A DNA stretch of 64,000 bases from Chitinophagaceae bacterium (GTDB lineage: Bacteria > Bacteroidota > Bacteroidia > Chitinophagales > Chitinophagaceae), in the NCBI GenBank assembly GCA_947459295.1, contig CANHCY010000007.1, forward strand, positions 4,357-68,356. Direction: 5' to 3'. The notes beneath the pieces were generated by a model that ran no database searches, was not told the DNA's origin, and saw nothing but the letters and a program-made list of their open reading frames with translations. This document shows positions 40,318 to 50,790 of this stretch, one piece after another (position 1 is the first letter of the stretch; the number at the start of each line of letters is the position of its first letter). Made by a program: the position numbers and the translations under genes.

Positions 40318-43300
40318 TTACATATTTCTTCTATACTGACCGCCCACTTCATATAAAGCCTCGGTAATTTGCCCCAAAGAACAATATTTAACAGCGTCCA
40401 TTAGAGATTCAAATAAGTTTTCACCTGCAATTGCTGCCTTTTTTAAGGCCGCCAATTTAGCAGGGGCCACCGCTTCATTGCGTTTCCAGAAAGCATGTAA
40501 ATTATCAATTTGCCTATCCTTTTCGGTGGTGGTAGAACGAATCACTTCGGTAGGTAAAATAGTAGGGCTTCCTTTTTTATTTAAAAAACTATTCACGCCC
40601 ACAATAGGAAGTTCTCCTGTATGTTTTAGCGTTTCGTAGTACATGCTTTCTTCCTGAATTTTATTGCGCTGGTACATTCTTTCCATAGCGCCTAATACAC
40701 CACCTCTTTCACTAATTTTTTCAAACTCAATTAATACCGCTTCTTCTACTAAATCTGTTAAGGCCTCAATGGCAAAACTACCCTGAATAAAATTTTCAGT
40801 TTTAGCAGCGCCCAGTTCTTTATTGATAATTAATTGAATGGCCATTGCTCTTCGCACACTTTCTTCGGTAGGGGTTGTAATAGCTTCATCGTAAGCGTTG
40901 GTATGCAAACTATTACAGTTGTCATAGATTGCATAAAGTGCTTGCAGCGTTGTTCTGATATCATTAAAATCAATTTCTTGCGCGTGCAAGCTTCTGCCAC
41001 TTGTTTGAATATGGTATTTTAATTTTTGAGAGCGCTCGTTTCCTTTGTATTTTAATTTGATGGCTTTGGCCCAAATTCTTCTAGCAACTCTACCAATGAC
41101 ACTGTACTCAGGATCCATGCCGTTGCTAAAGAAAAATGATAAGTTAGGTGCAAAATCATCGATACGCATGCCCCTGCTTAAATAATATTCGACATAGGTA
41201 AACCCATTGGCGAGTGTGAATGCAAGTTGTGTAATTGGATTGGCGCCGGCCTCTGCAATATGATATCCGCTAATACTTACACTGTAAAAATTTTGTACTT
41301 GATTTGTGATGAAATAAGATTGCACATCCCCCATTAATTTAAGCGCAAACTCGGTAGAAAAAATACAAGTATTTTGAGCCTGGTCTTCTTTTAAAATATC
41401 TGCTTGCACCGTGCCGCGCACACTAGACAATGCTTGTGCTTTTATGGTTGCATATACATCAGAAGGCAACACTTCGTCGCCACTTAACCCAAGTAGTTGA
41501 AGGCCTAGTCCATTACTACCTTCAGGAAGTGTGTTGCCGCTATCCGAGACTGCATATTGAGGAGGTACTAGCGCACCATATTTATTTTGAAATGCTTTTT
41601 GAACAAGGTGACTCGCATTATTAGATGCAATCCATTTTTCGCAAAGTTGATCAATAGCGGCATGCATAAAAAAGGCCAAAATAATAGGAGCGGGGCCATT
41701 AATAGTCATACTCACCGATGTTTTTGGATCACACAAATCAAAGCCACTGTATAATTTTTTAGCGTCATCGATAGTGGCGATATTTACGCCACTATTTCCA
41801 ATTTTTCCAAAAATATCCGGACGCGTTGCAGGGTCTTCTCCGTATAAAGTAACACTATCAAAAGCCGTTGATAAACGTATCGCGGGTTGATCTACCGAAA
41901 CGTAATGAAACCTTCTGTTGGTTCTTTCCGGACAACCTTCACCAGCAAACATTCGGGTAGGATCTTCACCTTCTCTTTTAAGTTCAAATACACCAGCCGT
42001 GTACGGAAATTTTCCAGGCACATTTTCTTGCAACTGCCATTTTAAAATACTACCACTGTCTGCATAAGTGGGCAACATTACTTTTGCAATTTTACTGCCA
42101 CTCAGTGATGTTGTGGTAAGTGGAATAGAAATATTTTTATCCCTAATGGTATAGGTTAAAAAATCGGCGCTGTATTTTTCTACAACAGATGGCCAGTTTT
42201 CTATTAATGTTTTACAATTTGGATCTAACGCAGCTACTATATTTTCTTTTGCATTTACAACCTCATTAATGGCTGTCTCATTTTTATGTGTGCCAAGTAT
42301 TTCTAGCGTGCCATTTAGCTGATATAGTTTTGTTGCAAGCGCTACCTGCTCTAATACCCACGCATCATAAGACCTATTACTCGCCGCTATTTCAGCCAAG
42401 TAGCGTACTTTATTAGCCGGAATAATAGGCGCTTGCTGCGCTACTTTTTTTAAGTCTTCCGAAACCGTATTAACATTAGCCGTTGGTGTAAAAACAATTC
42501 CTGTTTTTGATGCTACCGTTTCAAAAATTAAATCTACCAGTTTATGAATACCAGGATCATTAAACTGTGCAGCAATGGTGCCTACCACAGGAAGTGTTTC
42601 ATCTGCGGCGTCCCACAATTGATGGCTACGCTTGTACTGCTTTCGCACATCATGAAGTGCATCTTTTGCACCAGACTTATCAAATTTGTTCATGCAAATA
42701 ATATCTGCATAATCAATCATGTTTATTTTTTCCAGTTGTGATGCCGCTCCATATTCTGGCGTCATCGCATACATACTCACCGAACAATAATCGATAATGG
42801 AAGCGTCACTTTGTCCAACACCCGCAGATTCTAAAATAATAAAATCATAACCTGCGGCTTTACAAATATCTATTGCACCTGATACATGTTTACTCAGCGC
42901 TACATTTTCTGACCTGGTGGCCATGCTACGCATATAAGCCCTAGGATGCGCTATAGCATTCATTCTTATGCGGTCGCCAAGTAGTGCGCCGCCTGTTTTT
43001 TTCTTGGATGGATCTACAGAAATGACTGCAATTGTTTTGCTTGGATATAAATACAAATACCTTCTTACAATTTCATCTGTAATAGAACTCTTACCTGCAC
43101 CACCTGTACCCGTAATGCCTAATACAGGAATTTGAGCGGTAGATGCTTTTGTGTTTATTTCATGGTGATCCTGATTTTCTAATCTTGTAATGGCTCTTGC
43201 AACATTTCTAACATCGATAGGACCTCCCAGTGTAAAAGGTTTACTAAAATCACCTTTGTCTTCAACTTCAAAATCAGATAAAGTAATAAGTTCCTGAATC

Positions 43301-43692
43301 ATGCCTTCGAGTCCCAAACGTCTTCCATCATCCGGTGAATAAATTTTTGTAATGCCGTATGCATGCAACTGTTCAATCTCCTCTGGTAAAATAGTACCGC
43401 CGCCGCCACCAAATATTTTGATATGTCCGTAACCGTTTTCCACGAGTAAGTCACGCATGTAACTAAAGAACTCGATATGCCCACCCTGATAACTTGTTAC
43501 AGCAATTGCTTGTGCGTCTTCTTCGATGGCGCAGGAAACAATTTCTTGTGCTGTTCTATTATGACCCAAATGAATAATTTCAGCACCTTGTGCTTGTAAA
43601 ATTCGGCGCATAATATTGATAGAAGCATCGTGCCCATCAAATAAACTTGCTGCAGTTACAATTCTAATTTTGTGCTTGTTGGCATTGCTCAT
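40318..43692 (-). CDS. icmF: Fused isobutyryl-CoA mutase / MeaI GTPase chaperone
   Basis: B12-binding [10 protein letters not shown]-loop [18 protein letters not shown], mutase domain PTRMFAGEG (Phe specificity residue), [11 protein letters not shown]; alternative TTG start at 43704. Confidence 0.95.
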   Translation of the reverse strand: MSNANKHKIRIVTAASLFDGHDASINIMRRILQAQGAEIIHLGHNRTAQEIVSCAIEEDAQAIAVTSYQGGHIEFFSYMRDLLVENGYGHIKIFGGGGGTILPEEIEQLHAYGITKIYSPDDGRRLGLEGMIQELITLSDFEVEDKGDFSKPFTLGGPIDVRNVARAITRLENQDHHEINTKASTAQIPVLGITGTGGAGKSSITDEIVRRYLYLYPSKTIAVISVDPSKKKTGGALLGDRIRMNAIAHPRAYMRSMATRSENVALSKHVSGAIDICKAAGYDFIILESAGVGQSDASIIDYCSVSMYAMTPEYGAASQLEKINMIDYADIICMNKFDKSGAKDALHDVRKQYKRSHQLWDAADETLPVVGTIAAQFNDPGIHKLVDLIFETVASKTGIVFTPTANVNTVSEDLKKVAQQAPIIPANKVRYLAEIAASNRSYDAWVLEQVALATKLYQLNGTLEILGTHKNETAINEVVNAKENIVAALDPNCKTLIENWPSVVEKYSADFLTYTIRDKNISIPLTTTSLSGSKIAKVMLPTYADSGSILKWQLQENVPGKFPYTAGVFELKREGEDPTRMFAGEGCPERTNRRFHYVSVDQPAIRLSTAFDSVTLYGEDPATRPDIFGKIGNSGVNIATIDDAKKLYSGFDLCDPKTSVSMTINGPAPIILAFFMHAAIDQLCEKWIASNNASHLVQKAFQNKYGALVPPQYAVSDSGNTLPEGSNGLGLQLLGLSGDEVLPSDVYATIKAQALSSVRGTVQADILKEDQAQNTCIFSTEFALKLMGDVQSYFITNQVQNFYSVSISGYHIAEAGANPITQLAFTLANGFTYVEYYLSRGMRIDDFAPNLSFFFSNGMDPEYSVIGRVARRIWAKAIKLKYKGNERSQKLKYHIQTSGRSLHAQEIDFNDIRTTLQALYAIYDNCNSLHTNAYDEAITTPTEESVRRAMAIQLIINKELGAAKTENFIQGSFAIEALTDLVEEAVLIEFEKISERGGVLGAMERMYQRNKIQEESMYYETLKHTGELPIVGVNSFLNKKGSPTILPTEVIRSTTTEKDRQIDNLHAFWKRNEAVAPAKLAALKKAAIAGENLFESLMDAVKYCSLGQITEALYEVGGQYRRNM

Positions 43693-43712
43693 AGTTACAT
43701 CCAATTCAGTCG

Positions 43713-43720
43713 CAAAAATA
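43713..43720 (-). promoter_or_regulatory. Housekeeping -7 element for icmF
   Basis: TATTTTTG on the minus strand. Confidence 0.5.
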
Positions 43721-43805
43721 AGACATTAGAGGGTAAAATATTAACAATTGTTAGTTTTATAAATCGAAGCCTTTATTGTAGCTTAAGGCTTTAATTTGCA
43801 TCTAA

Positions 43806-44771
43806 ATGGATTCTATGCAGTTTACGGTAGCAACAATTCAGGAAAGCGGTTATGAGGTTGTGGAGCTTCAAGACCAGGTGTCTGGGGCGCGCGTTCAACT
43901 TTATTCGTTTGGCGCGCTTTTAAACGCCTTTACAATACCCACTAAAACCGGCACTATCAATGGCATTGATGGATTTTCAAGTGTTGCAGATGCTGTAGCG
44001 GGCGCTAGCGCAGGATTTAAAAGCTCCAAATTAAGCCCCTTCGTGTGCCGGCTTCAACACGGCAAGTACAGCTTCGATCAAAAAGAATATAAAATAGAAG
44101 GTTTTTATTTAGGCGAACACGCCATACATGGACTCCTATTTAATGCTCCATTCACTATTGCAGATACAAAAACGACCGCATCGGAGGCATCGGTGATATT
44201 TAGCCATCACTACAAAGGAACCGACCCCGGCTATCCGTTTTCTTTTACATTACATGTAAAGTGGAAACTTACTAGTGGCAATACGCTTCAGGTATTTACT
44301 ACGGCTACCAATAACCATAGTAGCGCCATTCCTTTTTCGGATGGTTGGCACCCTTATTTTAGCGTCGGCGACACCATTGATACAGCAACACTTTCATTTA
44401 CAACAAATAAACAACTTGAATTTAGCGAAGACTTATTACCCACCGGAAATATCATTGAAGACAATAGATTTATAGCGGGTCAAAAAATGGAAGGCGTTTT
44501 TTTAGACAATTGTTTCTTACTCGATATGCGTTCAGAAACGAAACAGCATTGCACCTTAAAAAATGAAACAGTTACGTTAACCATAGCGCCTGACAAACAC
44601 TATCCTTACTTACAAATTTATACGCCGCCCCACAGAAAAAGTATCGCTATAGAAAATTTGACAAGCGCCCCTGATAGTTTTAATAATGGTATTGGACTAC
44701 TCATTATTAAACCGGGTCATACACTAGAATTTTTGACAACCTATACGCTCACAGCGAACAACTCCTTATAA
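43806..44771 (+). CDS. Aldose 1-epimerase family protein
   Basis: LSPFVCR, HAIHG, GYPF, GWHPYF, LDNCF, LQIYTP, IAIEN. Confidence 0.9.
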   Translation: MDSMQFTVATIQESGYEVVELQDQVSGARVQLYSFGALLNAFTIPTKTGTINGIDGFSSVADAVAGASAGFKSSKLSPFVCRLQHGKYSFDQKEYKIEGFYLGEHAIHGLLFNAPFTIADTKTTASEASVIFSHHYKGTDPGYPFSFTLHVKWKLTSGNTLQVFTTATNNHSSAIPFSDGWHPYFSVGDTIDTATLSFTTNKQLEFSEDLLPTGNIIEDNRFIAGQKMEGVFLDNCFLLDMRSETKQHCTLKNETVTLTIAPDKHYPYLQIYTPPHRKSIAIENLTSAPDSFNNGIGLLIIKPGHTLEFLTTYTLTANNSL

Positions 44772-45152
44772 TTCAGCTACAGCAGTGGTACTAATTTCTA
44801 CATTGACCCCCCTTGGTAATCCTTTGACAGCAAAGGTTTCACGGGCAGGAGGCATATCTGTAAAATAGCTTCCATACACGTCATTTACTTTTGCAAACAG
44901 CGACATATCGCTTAAGAGAATGGTTGTTTTAACAATATGAGTGAATGAAATTTTTGCTTCCGCTAAAATGGCTGCAATATTTTTCATCACTACATGCGTT
45001 TCTTCTTCGATACTCGTTGTTACTGTTTCACCAGTTACCGGATCAAGTGCAATTTGACCGCTAATAAAAATAAAACCATTGGCTTTTACAGCCTGGTTGT
45101 ATGGACCAATTGGCGCAGGCGCCAAATTTGTTTGAATAATTTCTTTAGGCAT
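44766..45152 (-). CDS. ridA: RidA family enamine/imine deaminase
   Basis: APAPIGPYNQAV, SGQIA, VKTTI, PARETF (catalytic Arg), LPRGVNVEI. Confidence 0.93.
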   Translation of the reverse strand: MPKEIIQTNLAPAPIGPYNQAVKANGFIFISGQIALDPVTGETVTTSIEEETHVVMKNIAAILAEAKISFTHIVKTTILLSDMSLFAKVNDVYGSYFTDMPPARETFAVKGLPRGVNVEISTTAVAEL

Positions 45153-45205
45153 CTATTTATTTTAAAGTTTAAGCAAGTTGATGATTTTCTATGAGTTTGC
45201 CAACC

Positions 45206-45213
45206 TAAATTTG
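45206..45213 (+). promoter_or_regulatory. Housekeeping -7 element for tsaB
   Basis: TAAATTTG, exact TAnnTTTG. Confidence 0.5.
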
Positions 45214-45251
45214 CAAGTAAGCAAGATTCCTAGTTTGTAACCCAACATATC

Positions 45252-45929
45252 ATGGCAACATTTTTACTCATCTATACAGCAACTGCACACGCAAGTGTTT
45301 GCTTGAGTAAAAACGGCGTGGTAATTGCCTGCTTAGAAACGACCGACCAAAAAAGTCATTCTAGTTTTATCCAACCAGCCATAGATACCTTGTGCAAGCA
45401 AACTGGCATTTCATTAAGTAGCATAGATGCCATTGCAATTAGCATAGGGCCAGGTAGTTACACAGGCCTCCGGGTTGGCATGGCAACAGCCAAAGGGATT
45501 GCTTACGCCCTAGGTAAGCCTCTAATAGGCATCAATACCCTTCAGATCATTGCTGCAGCAGCAAAACAAAAATACCCCAACCACCATTCAGCCATTTGCG
45601 CACTTTTAGACGCCAGAAGAATGGAGGTTTTTACAGGTATTTATGCGCATTCTTTAGAACCTATAACACCCAGCACTGCGCTCATTTTAGATCCACAAAC
45701 TTTTGAAAATGAATTAGCTAATGAAGCTATTTTATTTGTAGGCGACGGAACCGAAAAATTTAAGGCCATTTGTGAGCATCCCAATGCTCATTTTGATGAG
45801 CATCTTAGCTATGGCGCTTCAGACATGTTAGCGTTAACCGAAAATGCCTTTGCCTTAACCGATTTTTTAGACCTCGCTTATAGCGAACCACTTTACATCA
45901 AAGCCTTTCATGATACCCGAAAAGCTTGA
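45252..45929 (+). CDS. tsaB: tRNA threonylcarbamoyladenosine biosynthesis protein TsaB
   Basis: SHS, GPGSYTGLRVG..TAKG, DARRMEV, EPLY.K. Confidence 0.93.
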   Translation: MATFLLIYTATAHASVCLSKNGVVIACLETTDQKSHSSFIQPAIDTLCKQTGISLSSIDAIAISIGPGSYTGLRVGMATAKGIAYALGKPLIGINTLQIIAAAAKQKYPNHHSAICALLDARRMEVFTGIYAHSLEPITPSTALILDPQTFENELANEAILFVGDGTEKFKAICEHPNAHFDEHLSYGASDMLALTENAFALTDFLDLAYSEPLYIKAFHDTRKA

Positions 45930-46056
45930 TTTAATCTTGCTTAAGTTTTTTCCAAATTAAAGTAATTTATTATAAGTTATTTCTACATTATCATTTTCTT
46001 AGTGTATCTTCACATTGCAATTAAGTTTATTAACCCCCCAATAACTCTTTATTGTC

Positions 46057-46392
46057 ATGAGCAACTCATTACAATCAGTGGTTTTAAATAATGGAAAAGC
46101 GCCTGTAAAAGTTGATTTTTTGCATACCAAAAAAGCAGCTCTTATTCTTCGCTCCATTAACCACAAGCTTCGTCAACAAATCATCAAATTACTGGACGAA
46201 AGTCAGAAAATGACGGTTACCGAAATCTATGTAAAACTTAGACTCGAACAATCTGTAGCATCGCAACATCTAGCTATTCTAAGAAGAGCTGGTATTGTAG
46301 CAACTACTAGAGAAGGAAAGTTTATTTTTTATTCTGTCAACTACACGCGTTTAGCAGAAGTTGTAGGATTTGTGGAAACACTCGTAGGGTAG
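46057..46392 (+). CDS. ArsR/SmtB family transcriptional regulator (cysteine-free)
   Basis: HKLRQQII..L, TVTEI, EQSVASQHLAILRRAGIV, REGKFIFY. Confidence 0.9.
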   Translation: MSNSLQSVVLNNGKAPVKVDFLHTKKAALILRSINHKLRQQIIKLLDESQKMTVTEIYVKLRLEQSVASQHLAILRRAGIVATTREGKFIFYSVNYTRLAEVVGFVETLVG

Positions 46393-46407
46393 TACTTTTA
46401 TTTCATC

Positions 46408-47832
46408 ATGTTTGTACAACAACTGTATACAGGCTGTATTTCAGAAGCAGCTTACTATATTGAGAGTGATGGCATTGCTGCCATCATCGATCCTTTAAGG
46501 GATATTGATGCCTACCTACAACTTGCTAAGCAAAGAAAGGCTACCATTCAATATATTTTTGAAACGCATTTTCATGCCGATTTTGTTTCTGGTCATTTAG
46601 ATCTAGCTGCTGCAACTGGTGCTAGCATTATTTATGGACCAAATACAGTTACAAAATTTGAAGTAACCGTAGCAAAAGACAATCAAGTTTTTCAATTAGG
46701 CAATGCTAGCATACAGGTATTACATACACCTGGCCATACACTTGAAAGTAGTTGTTATTTACTTAAAGATGAAACCGGAAAAGACTACGCGATTTTTACC
46801 GGTGACACCCTTTTTGTTGGTGATGTAGGCAGGCCCGATTTAGCACAAAAAGACAACGAAATAACCATCGAAGATTTAGCAGGTATGCTCTACGATAGTT
46901 TGCACCAAAAAATTATGCCACTAGCTGATGATGTAATCGTATATCCGGCACATGGTGCAGGAAGTAGCTGCGGCAAGAATTTAGGTTCCGAAACTTTTAG
47001 TACAATTGGTACGCAAAAACAAACCAACTACGCATTACAACCACAAACAAAAGAAGATTTTATTATAGCAGTCACCGACGGACTCACTGCACCTCCTCAA
47101 TATTTTCCAATCAATGCGAAAATAAATAAGGAAGGCTACGAGCGTTTAGATACTGTTGTAGCAAATGGTATGAAAGCATTATCCGTTGAGGCTTTCAAAG
47201 AACAAATAACAACATTTGAACCAATTATACTTGACACTAGAAATGCCACTTTGTTTACACATGGTTTTGTTCCTGGATCAATAAGTATTGGACTAGAAGG
47301 TCGTTTTGCAGAATTTGCTGGAAGTATATTACCATTTGACCAGGCCATACTACTTGTATGTGAACCTGGTACCGAAAAAGAATCTATTGTTAGGCTCGCA
47401 AGAGTTGGATTTGAAAATATCATTGGGCATTTGGCCGGCGGCTTTAATGCTTGGGTAGCTGCGAGTGAAACACCCGATTTAATTATTGATGTTGAAGCCG
47501 ACGAGCTAGCTATGGATATTCCATTTGATCCTAATATGGTAATCGTAGATGTTAGAAAAACATCGGAGTTTGATAAAGGTCATATCAAAGAAGCGTTGAC
47601 AATTCCATTAGATGAATTAACAGACCCTGCTAGCATGGCTAATTTTGACGACAATCAAAACATTTATATTCATTGTGCTGGTGGATACAGAAGTGTTATT
47701 GCTTCTTCACTCATCAAAAGACAGGGGATCCACAATATTAGAAATGTAGTGGGCGGCTTTAAAGCCATTAGCGAATTAGCTGATAAATTTGATATCGAAG
47801 AAACAGTGCTTGCGGAAGAAGTAAAGTCTTAA
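46408..47832 (+). CDS. MBL-fold persulfide dioxygenase with two rhodanese domains (CstB-like)
   Basis: ETHFHADF, HTPGHT, FTGDTLFVGDVGRPDL, PAHGAGSSCGK (Cys loop), C-terminal rhodanese HCAGGYRS. Confidence 0.85.
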   Translation: MFVQQLYTGCISEAAYYIESDGIAAIIDPLRDIDAYLQLAKQRKATIQYIFETHFHADFVSGHLDLAAATGASIIYGPNTVTKFEVTVAKDNQVFQLGNASIQVLHTPGHTLESSCYLLKDETGKDYAIFTGDTLFVGDVGRPDLAQKDNEITIEDLAGMLYDSLHQKIMPLADDVIVYPAHGAGSSCGKNLGSETFSTIGTQKQTNYALQPQTKEDFIIAVTDGLTAPPQYFPINAKINKEGYERLDTVVANGMKALSVEAFKEQITTFEPIILDTRNATLFTHGFVPGSISIGLEGRFAEFAGSILPFDQAILLVCEPGTEKESIVRLARVGFENIIGHLAGGFNAWVAASETPDLIIDVEADELAMDIPFDPNMVIVDVRKTSEFDKGHIKEALTIPLDELTDPASMANFDDNQNIYIHCAGGYRSVIASSLIKRQGIHNIRNVVGGFKAISELADKFDIEETVLAEEVKS

Positions 47833-47859
47833 TCAGGTAAATTTTGATGACACTTTCTA

Positions 47860-48741
47860 TCAAATCATAAGGTGTGCATATTTTTCGGCCTCTTCGGTCC
47901 ATTTCCATCTGCGATGACTCCACAAATAATTGGAAGGCCTTTTACGAATAGCAGTTTCAATTTTTTCGATGAGTAATTTGGTAAGCGCTCCTTCTTTAAA
48001 ATAATTGGGAGAAGTCGTTACAAGTTCAAGTTCAGCTTTATAATAACCTCTTTTTACAGCATAAAAATCAACAAATACAACGGCTGCATTACTTGCACGA
48101 GCACCCTTTTCAGGACCTAATACAAAGGGTGCCGGCTTGGTAAAAAATTTAGCCCAAAACGCTCTATCTAATCTACCCGGGTTTTGATCCGCAACAAGCG
48201 CTAGTGTATATCTATCACTTGCATATTTGTGAAAATTATTTCTAAACTCTGAAGCTGGAATTAGAATGGTTCCAAAACGGCTTCGCATTTTATACATAAT
48301 TTTATCAAACACTTTATTGGAAAGCGGCATATACACACCAATAAATGGATACTTCGATTGTTTAGCAATACCTAAGTTTGCAAATTCCCAACTAAAAAAA
48401 TGGCCGGCAATTAATTGTACGTTTTGCCCAGTAGCATATAAACTATTGAGCACGTCAATATTAATAGAAAACCTTTTGCTAAATTCTTTTGGGCTCATAC
48501 TAATGAGCTTAATCGCTTCAATAAATGTATCTACAAACTGATGGTAAAAAGCTTTTTCGATTTTTTTTCGGTCGAGATCAGATTTTTCCGGAAAAGCAAT
48601 GATTAAATTTTGACGCACTACTTTTTTTCTGTAGCCAAGAATATAATATAAGATGCCATAAATACCGTCCGATAAAATATACAATACCCGGAGTGGCAAT
48701 AAAGAGATGAGATAAAATATGGCGTAAACGATTGGGTACAT
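47860..48741 (-). CDS. Lipid A late acyltransferase (LpxL/HtrB family)
   Basis: YRKKVVRQNL..AFPE, GHFFSWE (Hx4E), ADQNP, YLWSHRRWK. Confidence 0.88.
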   Translation of the reverse strand: MYPIVYAIFYLISLLPLRVLYILSDGIYGILYYILGYRKKVVRQNLIIAFPEKSDLDRKKIEKAFYHQFVDTFIEAIKLISMSPKEFSKRFSINIDVLNSLYATGQNVQLIAGHFFSWEFANLGIAKQSKYPFIGVYMPLSNKVFDKIMYKMRSRFGTILIPASEFRNNFHKYASDRYTLALVADQNPGRLDRAFWAKFFTKPAPFVLGPEKGARASNAAVVFVDFYAVKRGYYKAELELVTTSPNYFKEGALTKLLIEKIETAIRKRPSNYLWSHRRWKWTEEAEKYAHLMI

Positions 48742-48752
48742 ATACTTCTAAA

Positions 48753-50771
48753 TTATGCAGGATCAACCCATGCATCATGCGCTTTTAATAACTGTATCAG
48801 TTCATCCACTGCAATTTCACTATCTACATTTTTTTTGACAACTTCTTTACCCTTATAAAGCGTAATTTTTCCAGGGCCACTTCCCACATAACCAAAATCG
48901 GCATCTGCCATTTCTCCTGGGCCATTTACAATACAGCCCATGATAGCAATTTTAACGCCTTTTAAGTGATTGGTGACAGATCTAATTTTTGCAGTTGTTT
49001 CTTGTAAATTAAATAAGGTTCTTCCACAACTAGGACAGGAAATATATTCTGTTTTAGAAATGCGTGTACGCGTAGCTTGTAATATGGTAAATGCAGTAGC
49101 ATTGATAAATGCTTCTACACTGGAATTTGAATTGTAGTTTCTGCCGCTGGTGTCTTTGGAAGCATTGGCTATTTGCGCTGCATAACTTTTTGATGTTAAG
49201 CCAAAACAAAGTCCATCACCAAAGCCATCTAATAAAAGCGCACCTGCTTCTGTTGCAAAATGAATCAGGTGTTCATCCGTTGTGTTCCAACCGCTATCAA
49301 TGGTAATTACTACTGGATTGTTGATTTGCTTTTCCTGAAGCGCCATAAACATTCGGCGCATGGCAGGCATTGCATTTTTATGCTTACTACTGAGGCATAA
49401 AATAGCAGTTGGATCATTTGCAACCGCATCGAGGTGTGTAAAATCATTGATAGGTGTTTCGTCACTAAAACAATCCATCATAACAAAGTTTTGCTTTGGA
49501 TGCTTTGCTGTTTCAGTAGCGTAACCGGCTATATCAAAAATAGGTATGTACTTATCAGCACTATTTTGAGTAGCCCAAGTTCCAGGATACACAATCACTT
49601 TTAAAGTGCCTGGTAATTCAAAATTAATGAGCTGATGGCCTGTAAAAATATAATCAGCTGCTTGATCTCCAATATTCCATTTATCGGTAAGTGCGTCGTA
49701 GGTATAACCAATAGCCGTTAAATGTGCTGGTTCAATTTTCTCAATCTTGCTAAAATCGGCAATAACAATAGGTACTTGTGAAGCACCTACATTAGATACC
49801 GCTATACTATGCCTGCGTTTGTAAACAAAGGGATCATAGGTAAGTTTTTGAACCGGCGGTATCACTCCATTTGTATTACTAACATCCTTTGTATACCTTT
49901 TTACAAGATCTCTACAAACTGGAATTTCAAATTCAGGATCTTCTGTTAAACTTACGCGAATCGTATCACCAATACCGTCTTCAAGTAATGTACCAATACC
50001 TGCAGCACTTTTTACGCGTCCATCTTCACCATCACCTGCTTCTGTTACACCAAGGTGCAAAGGATAACATTCATTGAATTCAAGTTGCATTTGCTGAATG
50101 AGCAAACGGTAAGCCTGCACCATTACTTGTGGATTGCTGGCTTTCATACTAAGTACAATGTTGTGGTAATCATTAGCCCTTGCGATACGCAAAAATTCCA
50201 TAGCGCTTTCTACCATACCCATGGGTGTATCGCCATATCTACTCATGATACGATCACTCAGTGAACCATGGTTGGTACCAATACGCATCGCAGTTCCATG
50301 CTCCTTACAAATAAGTACGAGTGGTGTAAATCTTTCTGTTATTCTTTCTATTTCTTCGGCATAATCCAGATCCGTATACTCGATCAGTTCAAACTTTTTC
50401 TTATCGACATAATTACCTGGATTGATGCGCACTTTTTCAACAATACGCGCAGCAATTTCTGCGGCGTTGGGTGTAAAATGAATATCAGCGACTATAGGTG
50501 TATCGTAACCTCTCCTGCGCAATTCATTTTTAATATTTAGTAAATTTTCTGCTTCTTTTTTGCTCGGTGCTGTAATTCTAACAAGCTCTGCACCTGCTTC
50601 AATACACCTAATGGTTTGTTCCACAGTAGCTGCGGTATCGAGTGTATCGGTGGTAGTCATGGTTTGAACCCGTATAGGATGACCATTTCCAATTTTGAGA
50701 TGACCAATGGTCACTTCTCTAGTTTTAAGACGACTTATTTGTGTTAAAGATGGACAGTAATATTGCATCAT
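48753..50771 (-). CDS. ispG: (E)-4-hydroxy-3-methylbut-2-enyl diphosphate synthase, long (insert-containing) form
   Basis: VADIHF, RINPGN, RIGTNHGSLS, HLGVTEAG, GDTIRVSL, SCPSCGR...MGCIVNGPGE; start at ATG 50771 or 50768. Confidence 0.96.
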   Translation of the reverse strand: MMQYYCPSLTQISRLKTREVTIGHLKIGNGHPIRVQTMTTTDTLDTAATVEQTIRCIEAGAELVRITAPSKKEAENLLNIKNELRRRGYDTPIVADIHFTPNAAEIAARIVEKVRINPGNYVDKKKFELIEYTDLDYAEEIERITERFTPLVLICKEHGTAMRIGTNHGSLSDRIMSRYGDTPMGMVESAMEFLRIARANDYHNIVLSMKASNPQVMVQAYRLLIQQMQLEFNECYPLHLGVTEAGDGEDGRVKSAAGIGTLLEDGIGDTIRVSLTEDPEFEIPVCRDLVKRYTKDVSNTNGVIPPVQKLTYDPFVYKRRHSIAVSNVGASQVPIVIADFSKIEKIEPAHLTAIGYTYDALTDKWNIGDQAADYIFTGHQLINFELPGTLKVIVYPGTWATQNSADKYIPIFDIAGYATETAKHPKQNFVMMDCFSDETPINDFTHLDAVANDPTAILCLSSKHKNAMPAMRRMFMALQEKQINNPVVITIDSGWNTTDEHLIHFATEAGALLLDGFGDGLCFGLTSKSYAAQIANASKDTSGRNYNSNSSVEAFINATAFTILQATRTRISKTEYISCPSCGRTLFNLQETTAKIRSVTNHLKGVKIAIMGCIVNGPGEMADADFGYVGSGPGKITLYKGKEVVKKNVDSEIAVDELIQLLKAHDAWVDPA

Positions 50772-50790
50772 AAAACGTGTTGTAATAGGG

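Noticed and set aside
43693-43805. Cobalamin riboswitch upstream of the B12-dependent icmF
   Set aside because: The intergenic region is about 100 bp, AT-rich, has the -7 box close to the start and shows no B12-box sequence.
45252-45284. TsaB N-terminal motif LIYTAT instead of the usual I(D/E)TAT
   Set aside because: Single-base difference (TAT versus GAT) in a non-catalytic subunit with all other motifs intact; could be polymorphism or error.
45963-45979. Imperfect palindrome TAATTTAT-T-ATAAGTTA upstream of arsR as an operator
   Set aside because: Almost entirely A/T with a mismatch; not distinguishable from background without orthologues.
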